Shown: piece after piece, positions 35,777 to 48,699 of the stretch | Layout: each line of letters opens with the position of its first letter | Position numbering within the stretch: position 1 is the stretch's first letter | Origin: Eledone cirrhosa | Lineage: Eukaryota | Length of the DNA: 64,000 nucleotides | Assembly: GCA_964016885.1 (NCBI GenBank) | Contig: OZ024741.1 | Coordinates: forward strand, 286,626,001-286,690,000 | Direction of reading: 5' to 3' | Position numbers and translations under genes: made by a program | The notes under the pieces: model-generated | What the model saw: only the letters and a program-made list of their open reading frames with translations | What the model was told of the DNA's origin: nothing | The model's database searches: none

Positions 35777-38374
35777 TTACTCAACAACTGTGCCATCTTC
35801 CTTTTGCATCAAGATAGATCCATCAGACTTCATAGAAACCTGCAGTTTAGCTAAGCTATGTTTCTTATTTGGCTCTTTCTTAATATGTTTTACAAAACCC
35901 TCTTTGTCTGGACTGATCCACGATGGACACGACGAACATTCATACACCACACTCTTCTTGTGTGCACTAACATGGATGAGATATTGTCTATAGTCAAGAT
36001 CATTAAAAATGCATCCAGCACTGTCACAAACATATATGCGGGAAGGACGTTTGCATTTATATGCAATACAGTCCCGTACAACAATCGTCTCTGCAGGGTG
36101 GGCCTCCTGTACATGACGTTTCATGTTAGTTAATGAAGTGGAAATACTGGAAGACTCACAATATAGGCACTCATAAGCTGGCATGTATGTAACATTACTC
36201 TTTTTAATAGAATCTTCTGTCTTGATGACAGTTGGTTTTACTTCAGTATCCTGGTTATCAATAGTTATTTCCTCATTATGCTTTTCTTTACTGTGTTTTA
36301 ACAGTTCAGCTTTTTGCTGAGCAACAAAATCACAATCTATTTTGGCACAAAAGAAGTAAAATTCTAAAGAATTCACATCTTTTTTTACCAAAGCACTTAA
36401 TGCGAGATCTGGATGTTTAGATTTTAAATGTGACTTTATTAATGTATTACCTAATGCCGAGAAATCACAACTGTGACAAGAATACAGTTGTTCTTTACTA
36501 TCTTTTGGAACGGACTTGCTACTCTTGTTATCTGTCTTTTTTGAACTGTTGTCTTTATCTTGGGAATGACGTTTTTTTTTCGAATGGCTAGATGGAGAAA
36601 GTTTTTGATTAATCAGTTTTTTAGCATATATAACAGTTTGTTGCAAACCTGTAGGCTTTGCACCTGAATCCACATCTACTATAGGAATCGGTGTGCATTT
36701 CTCTACATGACTCACATATTCTTCAGGATCAACATTTACAAAGTTGCATTTGTGACGACAACAGAAAAAGGTATGGTGCTCCATGTTTTTCTCCTTTAAA
36801 GCAATATCTATGCAGTAAAATTTACGACTAGGATGTACCTTAAACATGTGTTTTCGAACCTCATTCATATTACTAAACAGAGTGTCACAGAAAAAACATA
36901 AATACTGTTTGCCTTCTTTATTGTCATCAATGACTGAAGTTTTGCTTTCAGACGAACTTGGCTGTACCTTCTGTGGTTCAACATAAGTGGTATCTGTGGC
37001 TTTAGAAGGTGTAGGATTACTTACAGGCTTTTCAGGAACTTGGGTTATCTCACCGTTTTTACCGACAACGTGAGCTACAAAGCGCAGTGGTTTGTTGCTA
37101 TGTTTATCTTTTAAATGTAAAACAATCTTTTCAATACTGCTTGATCTACATTTACAGTATCTACAACGCCAAAACTTAGTACCAGGAGCAAGTTTATGAC
37201 TAGGAGTACTTGGAGTTTTAGATTTGTTGCTTACTCTTATCCTTTCAGATAACTTTCTTTTACTTGTTCTGCGACCTGGTTTACTTTCTTCAGGATCATA
37301 ATCAGGGTCAATATCCTCATCCTCAGGTAAACTCTCACTGTCTGACTGACCATCTCTTTTTCGCTTTGAAGGAGTGTTTAAATCAGTTGTACTTACTTCC
37401 GTATGTGATATATTACTGGTACTTTTCTCTTCATTAGGGCACAAACTCTCAACAGACACTATCTTTGGACCAAAATAGTTATCAACAGAGTCAGCTACAT
37501 TTGTATGATTAGGTGTGCTAAACTGTGATTGAGAATCAATGTTAGTTGCAGACTGTAAATCATCAGTTTTCATGAGATTCATGGTAGAATTTATACAACT
37601 TTCCACAACAATAGAGACAGACTCACTAGCACCAGTATTCATTTCTGAATTTACATTTCCTTCATTTGTGAGATTATAAGACAACGATTTTGATTCCATT
37701 GTTTCTGAAAGCAGAGAGTTACTAGGCATTTCCAAAAGACTTGGAGTTATATTGTCAATATCTTCACATTCTTTTACTGAATTGTCACCTACTGATGATG
37801 ATTGACAAGGTTCTGTTGATGTCACTTTGCTAACATTATAAGTTGCAAAATAATTGTGCTCGTTTATTGTTATTTTGTCTGAATCGTCACATTGTTCTTT
37901 TAATGTCATCTCTTTTTGTGATAAGTAATCGTCCAAAAGAGCACAAGATTTAAGTGCATATTTAATTTGGATGTACTCATTATGTGCCTTCATTGAGTGT
38001 TTGATGATGTCTTTTCGTAGATAACTCTCCTTATCACAGTAGTTACATTTGAAGCGGTGAGTTTGTGAATGCTCGATCATCTTCTGTTTCTCCTGACATT
38101 TAAATCGACAGAAGTTACACCAGTACATCTGCATATTAACATTGGGAAGAAATGAACCATTCGGGGAGCGAAAAAGAAAAGGAGCTGAGAAAGCACAGAG
38201 TATCTCTTCTCGCGGGTTTGTTAAATCATCACTAAAGCTCTCATTGATATTGGTTTCCATAAAAGTGATAAAATTCTTGTCACATATGGATTTAGTAGGT
38301 GACTTTGGTCGCAATATTGTAACAGAAGAACTGATACCAAAAGATTTCTGTGGAGAGTTTTCAGTGACAGCCAT
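35777..38374 (-). CDS. Host multi-zinc-finger protein (about 865 aa, about 10 dispersed C2H2/C2HC fingers)
   Basis: Uninterrupted 2.6-kb ORF in AT-rich DNA. Fingers include CNYCDKESYLRKDIIKHSMKAH, CFFCDTLFSNMNEVRKHMFKVH and CHSCDFSALGNTLIKSHLKSKH. NLS-like KRKR. First in-frame ATG at 38374 follows an in-frame stop near 38427. AATAAA downstream at 35755-35760 and 35635-35640. Confidence 0.9.
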   Translation of the reverse strand: MAVTENSPQKSFGISSSVTILRPKSPTKSICDKNFITFMETNINESFSDDLTNPREEILCAFSAPFLFRSPNGSFLPNVNMQMYWCNFCRFKCQEKQKMIEHSQTHRFKCNYCDKESYLRKDIIKHSMKAHNEYIQIKYALKSCALLDDYLSQKEMTLKEQCDDSDKITINEHNYFATYNVSKVTSTEPCQSSSVGDNSVKECEDIDNITPSLLEMPSNSLLSETMESKSLSYNLTNEGNVNSEMNTGASESVSIVVESCINSTMNLMKTDDLQSATNIDSQSQFSTPNHTNVADSVDNYFGPKIVSVESLCPNEEKSTSNISHTEVSTTDLNTPSKRKRDGQSDSESLPEDEDIDPDYDPEESKPGRRTSKRKLSERIRVSNKSKTPSTPSHKLAPGTKFWRCRYCKCRSSSIEKIVLHLKDKHSNKPLRFVAHVVGKNGEITQVPEKPVSNPTPSKATDTTYVEPQKVQPSSSESKTSVIDDNKEGKQYLCFFCDTLFSNMNEVRKHMFKVHPSRKFYCIDIALKEKNMEHHTFFCCRHKCNFVNVDPEEYVSHVEKCTPIPIVDVDSGAKPTGLQQTVIYAKKLINQKLSPSSHSKKKRHSQDKDNSSKKTDNKSSKSVPKDSKEQLYSCHSCDFSALGNTLIKSHLKSKHPDLALSALVKKDVNSLEFYFFCAKIDCDFVAQQKAELLKHSKEKHNEEITIDNQDTEVKPTVIKTEDSIKKSNVTYMPAYECLYCESSSISTSLTNMKRHVQEAHPAETIVVRDCIAYKCKRPSRIYVCDSAGCIFNDLDYRQYLIHVSAHKKSVVYECSSCPSWISPDKEGFVKHIKKEPNKKHSLAKLQVSMKSDGSILMQKEDGTVVE

Positions 38375-38623
38375 CTTGTTAGAGTGCTTTACCAAGTTAT
38401 TACAAGATTTTTCAACAAATTTTCTTCAGCAGTGTTTACTGTTTCTTGCATGTCAAAATTGTTCCACCAACAGATGTATAACGGACATCTTGCAAGATTT
38501 TAATAAACCATACTCACAGAAATAAAATTTTTTATTGGATATTTTATTTTAGTCTTCTTAATCATATAACTTGGATTACTAGAAACCGATGCCAGTAGCT
38601 TTTGTGGAAGGATTCTTTAACAC

Positions 38624-38655
38624 CTTAAAAAGAAAAAAAAAAAAGAAAAAATGAT
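38624..38655 (-). promoter_or_regulatory. Probable 3' splice acceptor of the zinc-finger gene's coding exon
   Basis: Minus strand: long polypyrimidine tract ending ctttttaAG|gtgtt, about 250 nt upstream of the ATG. Confidence 0.65.
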
Positions 38656-39079
38656 CATTATTTATAGATAAGCATTAACTCAACATATAACAACATATGG
38701 TTCTTCTAAATTTGACCAGCTCTACGTAGCAAACTAAAAAGGGAATATAATTCTTCAATCAGATAATGCAGACTATATAGACATTTAATCAAAGCTGACG
38801 AGGAATATTTAACTAAAACAAAAGGTATCATTTACTACATATATAAAAACATTATTTCAAAACGTAGAAAACATTTCATATCTGGAAAGATAGCTTTAAA
38901 TTCAGAAAGGATATAAGTCAACACTGCAAAAACTGAAATGCTAATTAGTAATACATAGCACAATTTCCCAGTCCTATCTACACGGAGAAAGAGGATGTTG
39001 ATAAGGTCGCCAGCTCTAGAATATTAAGAAGACATCATCTATTTCAAACCCCATTTAGTATGAGCATAGAGTCTAACGT

Positions 39080-39450
39080 TGCTGGTAACTTCACCATAGC
39101 ATACATAAGATCTTCAATAAAAACAATATTACGGTTAGCTACACCTACTTCAATAATTCTGCATTCCAAATATCATACGACATTAGAAATAACCCAGTCA
39201 ACCCTTTAGAATGCAATTGCAACAAAACCATTTCCTGCCTACTTAACAGGAAGTGCCTTAAAAAGATGTTCTTCGGAATTAGAGATAGAATAAACTCCAC
39301 TTCTCTGTCCCAATACATTTAGAAACTGAAGGATTAACAACATTATAAATATCAAAGAAAAAACATGGGATGCACACATTGACACTCTTTCATCAGGATC
39401 ATTTAACATCTGCTTTCTCTACTAGCTAGATATGCTGATTACACATCACA
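39080..39450 (+). mobile_element. Highly degenerate Naiad-type PLE fragment
   Basis: IHKIFNKNNITVSY and ECNCNKTISCLLNRKCL remnants. Confidence 0.6.
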
Positions 39451-40269
39451 ACACTATGCAATTTTTAACAAATTAAAATAAATGAAACATATATATATAG
39501 ATATAGTACAGAGCTATCTGGTGATACGCCATAATCCAAAGACCCATCAACCAGCACAAGCACTGCAATGCTTAGAGAAAAGTAGAAGTGGTGAGAAACC
39601 AGAGATTAGTGTAGGCTATCAAATGGAGACTATATAAGATTTGAGAGGACATTTCAATCATGACGAACATGCAAGAGCCTCTCTAATGTTGGTATCACGA
39701 TAAAATGCACTCAGTACATCCTGTAATGTGGTAGTGCTGGTGACGTGAAAAAGTACACCCTGTACATTCAGTAATGTGGTACTGATGATGCCACAACCCA
39801 GTCATAGAAACCATACAAAATATGGAGTATATGAGCAAGATGAGGTTGTTCCAATACATCTGATGTTGGGCCACGACAACCCAACAAACCCATTCAAATA
39901 TGGAACGTGGATGTATAATATATATATCTATATAATTATAAACACATGCTTTTATTATAGCTGCGAAGCTATACTAGAAACTCAAAGGCCAGGAATTTTG
40001 TGTCTTAGACCACGTGTTAAAACAGTTTGAACAAGTGACCACAGCTATATTAAAATACATATTACACTACTTGTGTATTTTGTTTTGTTTCTCCCATTAG
40101 TGCAGTCAACCTTATATATATACACATACACACAGACAAACATATACATATATAAATATACATATGATATAATTTGATTTTGTTGTTACAGGTATGGATG
40201 AGTTGGTTTAACTTTTTAACATTGAAACTGACAGAATCCGACCTTCTTCCCTCTTTCTTTTCATTCTGC

Positions 40270-40660
40270 TCGTTCACACCTACATTAATATATCATTCTA
40301 AAATAAACAATAACATCCATTAAAATCTCATAGAATTGAGATTATGTGAGATAAAGCTTTTACTGTGAATATACAATAGTAAAATGTTAGAAGACTGATT
40401 TTCTGAAAGTAGTGACACCAACTTTGAAGGTTTTACTCGTTAAGATTTACAAAATGAAAGAAAAAAAAGAAAATAACTGATTTGTTTCTATATATTTATG
40501 AATTTTCATCAGAAGATAATCGTTATTTTGATAGTGAAAGTGAGGAAGATATCCAAGAGGCCATTGAGATAATTACAGCGATGTGGTTAAAAACACCACA
40601 CCAATACATATTCCTGATTTAATTGAAAAAACTGGTTGACAACACACTCCCTTACTAGCA
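40270..40660 (+). mobile_element. Degenerate piggyBac 5' fragment related to 41445-43887
   Basis: Shares ttctaaaataaacaa..aaaatctc and gccattga..aaaa.accacaccaatacat.ttcc.gattt with the full copy. Confidence 0.65.
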
Positions 40661-41444
40661 GGGAAAATGGATGTTAAATGATGATGAGCTATTTATCATG
40701 AGCCTCTGGACAAGACATAAAACTCTATTACTTGTCTCAGTTTATGGTTGAATAATTTGGGACAGAGGCGGCAAATTGGCAAAGTTTTTCAAATGTTGGA
40801 CAGAATGCTTTGCGGTATTCATTCCAGCTCTCTGAGTTCAATTCAAGGTTCACTTTGCCTTTCATGTCGATATAAAAAGTAACAGTCTAGTATTGGGGTC
40901 AATTCTTCTGTATATCTTTCTCACTTTCATTCTCTCACTCTCTCTGTAATCAGACCTGGAGAGGGTTCCACTACATTTTAAAATGCTCTAGAAATGCTAT
41001 TTGCCAATACAGCACCCCTATGACTCCTTTGGGGAGTATGGAACCTTAGATTACATACAATTTGAGATAGGCAAGGTCAAAGTCTGTAAAACCAAGACCT
41101 TGTCCATGACCCCACATCTAAATCAGCCAGCTTTGATCTTGCTAGAAAGTAATAGGTGTCCCTTAATCGGATTCGCATAACACATGCCAGGAGAGCTCAT
41201 CATCTCTATTGATGGAAAATGAAAGACAGCCCAGCATGTAACTGCAGGGACCATGACTAGACAATGCTGCATGTTGTTTGAGATTGCCACCTTAGATTTT
41301 CCCAGCAGCCTAAAGGCAATCCATAATAGTACAAATGTCTATCTAAGCAGTGTGCATAGGTCATACAAGAAGACCTTTTTGGTGCTATATTTCTACATAT
41401 CTGTTAAATTCTGAAATAAGTAAAAATTTAGACTGATTTCTTAA

Positions 41445-43887
41445 CCCTTTAGTGTTCAAACCGCCCGAAAGCACCTACACGAAAATATTGTTCTAAAAAT
41501 AAACAAACCTTCATCAAAATCTCGTCAATTCGAGACTACTGCGAGATTAGGCATTTACCGCAAAAATTAACACTTAATATAGTGAAACAAGTTAAAGCAG
41601 CTTGTGTTTTTTTAACTTTGAAAGTGCAACAAATTTTTTTTGTATCAACATGGCTTCTGAAAGTAGGATACCGACTTTGACGGTTTTACACAAAACGACA
41701 TTCAGAATGAACAAGAAACAAAAGATAATATTAGTGATATATCATCAAATGAATCTGATGTTTATATTTCTGAAATTTCGTCCGACGAAGATTGTTATTT
41801 TGAAAGCGAAGCAGATCTCCAGGGCGCCATTGAAGATATTTCAGCAACGTGGTCGAAAAATACCACACCAATACATGTTCCCGATTTTGTTGAAAATACT
41901 GGTCCACAGCATATATTACCTCCCGATGCTAAAGCACTGGATTATTTCTTTTTGTTTTTGCCACAAACTTTCTTCGAAGTTGTGGCAAAAGAGACGAATC
42001 GATATGCCCAACAGCAGATTTCATATTGAAGAAAACCCAATCAGTTATGGCGACCTACAGATGCTGCGGAGATGCAAGCGTTTTTTACCATAAACATTAT
42101 GTTTGGTATAAAACAATTTCCAAGACTGGAATTACTGGAGCACTGATATAAGGTTTAGCGACCCTTATATATCGAGTATTATGCCAAAAACAAGGTATTT
42201 GAAATTAAACCAATATTTGCATCTGGTTGATACTTCAAATGCCCCTGGTAGAAATGATTTCAATTATGACCCTCTGTATAAAGTTCGACCAGTAATTAAA
42301 ATGCTCTCAGAAAAATCTTAGTGTTGATGAAGCTATGATTGGGTATAAGGGTAGGATTCATTTTAGACAATACATGCCAGCTAAACCCACTAAATGGGGC
42401 ATCAAGGTGTGGGAACTCTGTGAATTGGACACAGGCTACTGTGTAAACTTTGATGTTTACACAGGAAACACAACGGAGAGAGAAAATATGGCTTGAGGTA
42501 CGATGTTGTGTGGTCTCTGACTGAACCCTTTCACTCTCAACACAGACATATATTTTGATCGTTTTTTTTCTTCAGTGCGTCTAGCAGAGGATCTTGCCCT
42601 CGTAAATATGTACACCTGCGGTACAATAATGGGGAATCGCAAAGGGCTACCTCAAGAAATGAAAATCATAAAATTTAAAAAGAGAGGGGACATTCTCCAA
42701 TTGCAAAAAGGGAATTTGTTAGCCACATTGTATAAAGACAAGCAGCAAATTTTGTTCCTATTGTCTAACCAAGAACCAGGAGTTGGGCTGACAGTAAACC
42801 TTTAGTCAACCTCTCCTATAATAAATATATGGGTAGGGTTGACAAATCCGACCAATATTGCGCCTACTACCCAGTTGGACGCTCTGGGAAGAAATGGTGG
42901 AGATATATCTTGTGGTTTTTAGTGAATTTAACCATTGTGAATTCTTTTATTGTATTCACTAAAAGACACAAGAATCCGCCACTACCAAAGGACTACTGCC
43001 ACATGAAATTTCATGTAGACGTTGCCTCTCAGCTACGTGGAGGATATTCTTCTCGTAAACACAAAACTGGGAGAAAGTCAAAATTATCTGAGGTAAACAC
43101 GGAAAATATTGATTTTCACAAAGTGGAGAAAATTAATGGGAGGAAGGTTTGCCGAATGTGCTCTTTGCAAAAGAGAAAAAACTGTTAAAGGTTATGGAAT
43201 TCAAACCACGTTTATGTGTTCATTTTGCAAAGTGCCATTATGTAAAGGCTGTTTTGGCCAATATCATGATAGAAATATTGTCCGACAATATTGAAAAAAA
43301 TATAAAAAAAATATATTGGAACACATTAGATACAAAAACACCTGCATTCACCTGTCACACCTGTTAATGAACTTATATATTGGGCACATTCTGTTATATA
43401 AATCTACTCAGTACATTGCCAATATTATTTTGACTGGTGAAAGAGTTTTATACATTTTTTTGAATGAAAATATTTGCATGAAAATATTTGAATGAAAATA
43501 TTTGGATGACTAAAACCGTGAAATGAATTCACCTGTTTGGAAATCAACATCCAGGTCATTGTTGGATATTCTTTGTAACAAATCTAGCAGGTAACTCAGA
43601 TAAAGTTTTAATATTTGTGTTTATCCATAAAGTCATTACTTTTACACCTGTTAATTAATTTCACCTACCCATAAAAGTCAAATTTAACAAAAAAAAAAAA
43701 CCGGTAAAAATATACAATTGTAAATTATTGATATTTTAACATCTACTGACAAAATTTCAAGCCTGTACATAAAAAATTAAGAAAATTACAAACAAATGAA
43801 ATTGATAACCCTCTTGAGTATGATTAACTCAAAATAAATGTGAACAGATAAGCATGACATTTGAAAATTAATGTGAATGCTAAAGGG
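41445..43887 (+). mobile_element. piggyBac DNA transposon with transposase pseudogene
   Basis: TTAA TSDs at 41441-41444 and 43888-43891. TIRs ccctttagtgttca / tgaatgctaaaggg. Remnants SVDEAMI, QYMPAKPTKWGIKVW, YFDRFF and YNKYMGRVDKSDQ, plus a C-terminal Cys-rich domain. Frameshifted. Confidence 0.93.
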
Positions 43888-44000
43888 TTAAAGCAACAAT
43901 AATTATTTTATTTTCTCTGCTTAATAGTTTTTCTAAACTTACTATAAAGAAACTTTATTGTGTTGTATCAGATGAATGAATGGTATTTAACTAATGTATT

Positions 44001-45809
44001 GGTACGCAATGGGGCCCACCCACAGCCCCGGCGGACAGAATGGAGAAGGCGTTTCCCCGGAGAACGGCAAGGGAGACGCGCTGGAAAAGCCACTCCAACT
44101 CGCGGGCCTCACACCTGCGGCTGGCCAGCTCAGCACCTATGGTGGTGAGTAAGGAGGTAGCCCTGGGGCCGAGGACACCAGAAGTTTCCACTGCCAGAGG
44201 AATGACCGGTATTTGAGGAGTTTGGCCCCCTCAGCCCGACGTGCAGCAGAACCTGGGTCAGTCGCAGACTGCACAAGGTTGCGGCTGCAGAAAGTGTTGG
44301 TGCAAGTGGCATCCCAGACGAGGAGTTTGCCACCACGGAACAGGAAGATGGTCATGCCATCTGGCCTTTTGCCGTCCCCTCGATCCAGCCCCACCAGCTC
44401 GAATGGGAAAGGGAAGCCGGCAGTGTCCAAGCCATGCTTAATGACCTCGTTGAGGGCAGTATGGCGTGGATGCGGCCAGCACTGTGGCGACAGGAAAGCG
44501 GGTGGAGGCCGAAAGAGTCCACAGTGGAACGGCAGATCCAGAGGCCGAGCCTCAGGGAAACGGCGATTCGCAGGCTATGGTTGTCTAGTTGCGTGCCAGT
44601 GGAGAAAGGAGGGCAGAGCATGGAACAAGGAACCACTGTGGGGTTTGGAGGCCGCACGAAAACAAGCAAGGCGGTGCTGGTCGAGCTGGCGCGTGAGCCT
44701 GTCTGAGGCCAGGCTGCACTGGATGGCATCCCAAGTGCGTTGGGGGGACTTGACGTCAACAGGGGGAAGAGGAGGAGGGAAGTCTACTGGGCTAAGTCCC
44801 AGCCGGTCCCACGTCTCACAGGCGGCCTCACGTTCTCTGAACACAGAGGGTTCTGTTGTGTTTTGAAGAACCCTGCTGACGAGGATGCGCACGAGGTTAC
44901 CGGCGAAAGATACGCCGGAAAAGCTAGTGAGATCGGGGACCGGAGGCCTAGGCCGCCATACCTGACTTGTTGCCACCCTATGTCATCAAACTTGACGTTG
45001 CATATCCCCTCGGATACAAGTATCGAGGTCAGTGAGGATAGACATATGGGTGTAGCCTGGAGCGGTGCGGAGTGTATAGAGGAGCTTCGGCATGGCGAAG
45101 CAGTTCCTCAGCAGAAAGAGAGCTGGGTGGCCGTCAATCAAGCCCAGTCGGCTCGTGAAAGTCTGGAGCTGTTGAAGCCTAGACCTGATGGTGGAGCGGA
45201 TGGCCGGCGGGTGGATTGGTGACCCGAGGATGAGGACATCCTCTTTGGGGGTTACCTGAACCTGGCGGAGAATGGACCGCACGTCCAAGACGGAGGCTGC
45301 AAAGCTCGCAGCATCGAGGCTGACATTCACCACCTCCGACTTGGTCGAGTTGATCCGGAGGCCGATTCCCGCCAAGGCAGGAATCACCGATTGAAGGTCT
45401 TGGCAGACCGTCCGTACAGGCCCGCTCAACGTAGCATCATCCAGATACCAAACGTTGGTATCCGTGATACTCCGGGCGATGTGGTCACTACCAAGGGCGA
45501 ACAGGAGGGGTCCCAAAGGGTCGTCCTGTTGGACCCCAGTAGCCGAGAGTATGACCGTATCAGCAGCTAGGAGCATGCTCGGGGCTCCACATGACAGGTA
45601 GGCAGAGGGGGATCGGCTGAAGCAGGCCTCGAGCAGATGATCCCGGCGTAAAGAGTTAAAGGCATTCCTCATGTCAAGCTTGACAATGAGGTGCCTGGAG
45701 TCCCTGGATGCTGGTACCGATGGGCAGCTACTGAAGAACTGCCTGATTGCATGACAGGCTCCCTCACAGCCACCGGACACGCCGACACCCAGTTGCACCG
45801 GACTAATTA
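44001..45809 (-). mobile_element. CRE-like RLE retrotransposon, second copy, co-terminal with 22847-24693
   Basis: QLGVGVSGGCEGACHA, KLDMRNAFN, WYLDDAT, GDGKRPDGMT..LVWDATC and LFQRVSLAVLRGNA. Confidence 0.9.
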
Positions 45810-46099
45810 CTGTTATATATGAACATGCTCCTTTGGAAAAGAACTTCGAGAGTTCTTAAATAAATCATACTTTTGTTTCAAAACTACACTAATTTCAGGT
45901 AAACCTCATAAATATATTATTTAGATTTTATTTGAATATCACCATATAAAATGAATTAGCCAATATTCAACTTGATACATAACAGAAGTACACACTGAAT
46001 TTTCAATTGAACTTGGGTGCATATAAAACACATGCACTAAAATGGTAAATATAATGGAATTTATGTTTGAAGAAAACTAAAAAATGAAAATTTTCCTCA

Positions 46100-46690
46100 G
46101 ACATATATATGCACAAGCACTAAGAGCACATGTGAAATAGATTTCCTTAGTTGCCAGGGAGGATCCTTAAAGATTATTGACATGCCTTGATATCTAGGTG
46201 ACCTATTCAGCAATGGGGAGGATGTTCTGAAAATGTGATAGCCAGGGTAAGAATAAGCTGGAAGAAGTTTACAAAGCTGATGATACCTCTGATGACATAA
46301 AAGGGCTTCTCTCAGAGTGAAGAGTAGACTGTATGATGCCTGCATATGGATTGCAATGCTACATTATAGTCAGACATGGACCTTGACTGTAGAAGACCTA
46401 GAAAAGTTAGTGAAATGTTAACGTCCATAAATTACATAGCATAAAGGAGCAGAGAGAAAAAGTTGGCATAATAGGAATTGGATGTAATGGGTATGAACAT
46501 GTGATGGAAGATGACAACTGTATAAAGATGTGCAGAGAAATCTCAGTGGATGGGCCTCTTGGGAAAGGTAAACCCTGGAAGACATGAGATGAAGTAGTGA
46601 AACCAACATTAAGAAACTGAACCTCACAAGGAAGATGACAAAGAACCAATTGGTGACATGCTATACTGGTGAAGACCTGCCTACCAGCAT
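46100..46690 (+). mobile_element. Degenerate RTE LINE 3' fragment
   Basis: YLGD..., ARVRISWKKF, RVK.RLYDACI..MLH.S.TW and RP.KTW remnants. Confidence 0.7.
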
Positions 46691-47039
46691 AAAATATGAC
46701 CTAACCTGACTCATGAACGCACCCCCTATCCACATCAGGAGGAAGGTTATTTGCCAGATCAAATATTTAAAGAAGTACAGAGGAACCTTGGTTCACGAAT
46801 GTCTCTTGTCAAGAACAATTTTTCTGAACGTACAACGTTTCGATTGATGAACGGTGCTTCAAGTAATGAACACACAAGTGAGTAACAAGGTGGGAGTATC
46901 AGCGTGAAAGCATCAGTTGCTGTGTAGTTAGTTACTATGGTGATATCTATGTTTTTCACATAGACTTGCTTTCACTGAATTTCCCTCTCAACATTTTGCC
47001 TTCAGGAACGAATTAACTTTCTTACTCAAGATTCCACTG

Positions 47040-47790
47040 TATTCAATGTTGGAGTCAGGCACCACCAAGGGTGCATACTTTCAACTCTGCTGTTCATAAC
47101 CATGAATAGAATTAACATGCCCAGCTGGGTTGGATGTGGTATCATGAATGACGAGTGTAGGATCAGTTGGCTGGAATTTGCAGGCGACATGGTATTACTT
47201 AATTTGTCAGACTGATTGCCAACATGTACTTGATTGGTTTGATGCCAAGTGCTGCAAAGCAGGAATGAAAATCTGCTACGAAGACTGACATTTGTCCTAT
47301 CAAGAATAGGTAGTTGTAAAAGCCAAACTCGCTATCTTCAATTCAGTAATCATGTCAACTCTTCCCTATAGTCATGAATCTTGGGTAATGACCGAAAGAA
47401 TATGATCACAAATACAAGTGGCCAAAATGAGGTTCCTCCAAAGGGTCTTTGGAGCAACATTACTTGATAGAGTATGTAGCCTGGAGATCAGAGAGTTGCT
47501 CATGTAGAGCCATTACTTTTCTCCAAATTGAGAGATGACAGCTCCAACACTACAGGCATGTGGTTAGAATATCTTAAGAAAGAATCACTGGATAGATTTT
47601 GCAAGAAAAACCAAACGCCAGGAACACCAAGAGTAGACCCCAAGCAAGATGACTGGATAACATCCATGAGCTCAGCTGGTATCGCTTGGGGATCCAGCAG
47701 AATAAATTGGAGATGGTTGCTTCTGACAGGACCTGCTAGAAAGAATTTTGAGGACTGTCCTCACGACCCTCTCAGGAATAAGTAAGCAAA
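47040..47790 (+). mobile_element. Degenerate RTE LINE fragment; related copy at 57120-57660
   Basis: QGCILSTLLFI and HESWVMT...IQVA.MRFL remnants. Shares the 3' end cgaccctctcag.aataagt with the second copy. Confidence 0.7.
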
Positions 47791-48699
47791 GAAAAAGAAG
47801 AGATGCATATTTAGGGAAGGGGTCTTATAATATGAAGAAGAATGCCAAGACTTAGAAACCTTAGATCCCAAGAGGATTTGATGAAAGAGTTAACTGCTGC
47901 CATTTATCTAATTAATACAGGGAAGAAGATCCAATACAGTCCCTAATGTCTTCCAGATAGCTAACAACTTCAGCACTTTCAAGGTTATTTACAATGAGAA
48001 AAAGAAATTAAAAGCTCTGTTCAAACCCTGACATCATCAAGCCTATCATTACCAACACCAGACCCATTATTTTTTACTGTAGCCCTCCTTCCATTTTCTT
48101 ATCCTACATAGAATGTCATCTTAATTAATTAAATATGTCCCTTCCAGTAGAGAAGACATCAATAGGAATAAGTATTTAATGTTAACCATTAAGTATGCCA
48201 CGAGAGTATTTCTAATTTTGTCAAGAACATGGCAGTCACCATTGTTGTGCTGTGACCTCACTGGACTGCACCACATTTTCTTTCTCAATTATAAATACTG
48301 TAGTAACAATTATTATTTTTACTGTATTATTGTGTTTAAGAAGTTTTGGGTAATATTTACTACATACTGTGAGTATTTGGTTTAGAATAGGTACAACATA
48401 TTCCTACATGTGGTAACACGTATCTAAGAAGGTTGGTACTCAGATAGTCCTATCCAACCCATACTAGTATGGAAACGTTGACGTAGAAACGATGATGATG
48501 CTAAGACAAACATTTTACAAAGTCGCTAGATATGAGTGAAGGTGTGAAATATAAAGCGGGTGGGAGAATACAATATGACCCAGTGAAAAGTGAGTCATGT
48601 ATTAATAAAAGGGAATGTATCCTGTGTAGCTTACAAAATTGCATATATAAACAGAACGTGTGAAATTCCAAATCAATAATCATAATGAAAAGAGAATGA

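Noticed and set aside
38142-38525. 127-aa plus-strand ORF
   Set aside because: It is the antisense shadow of the zinc-finger exon and has no motifs.
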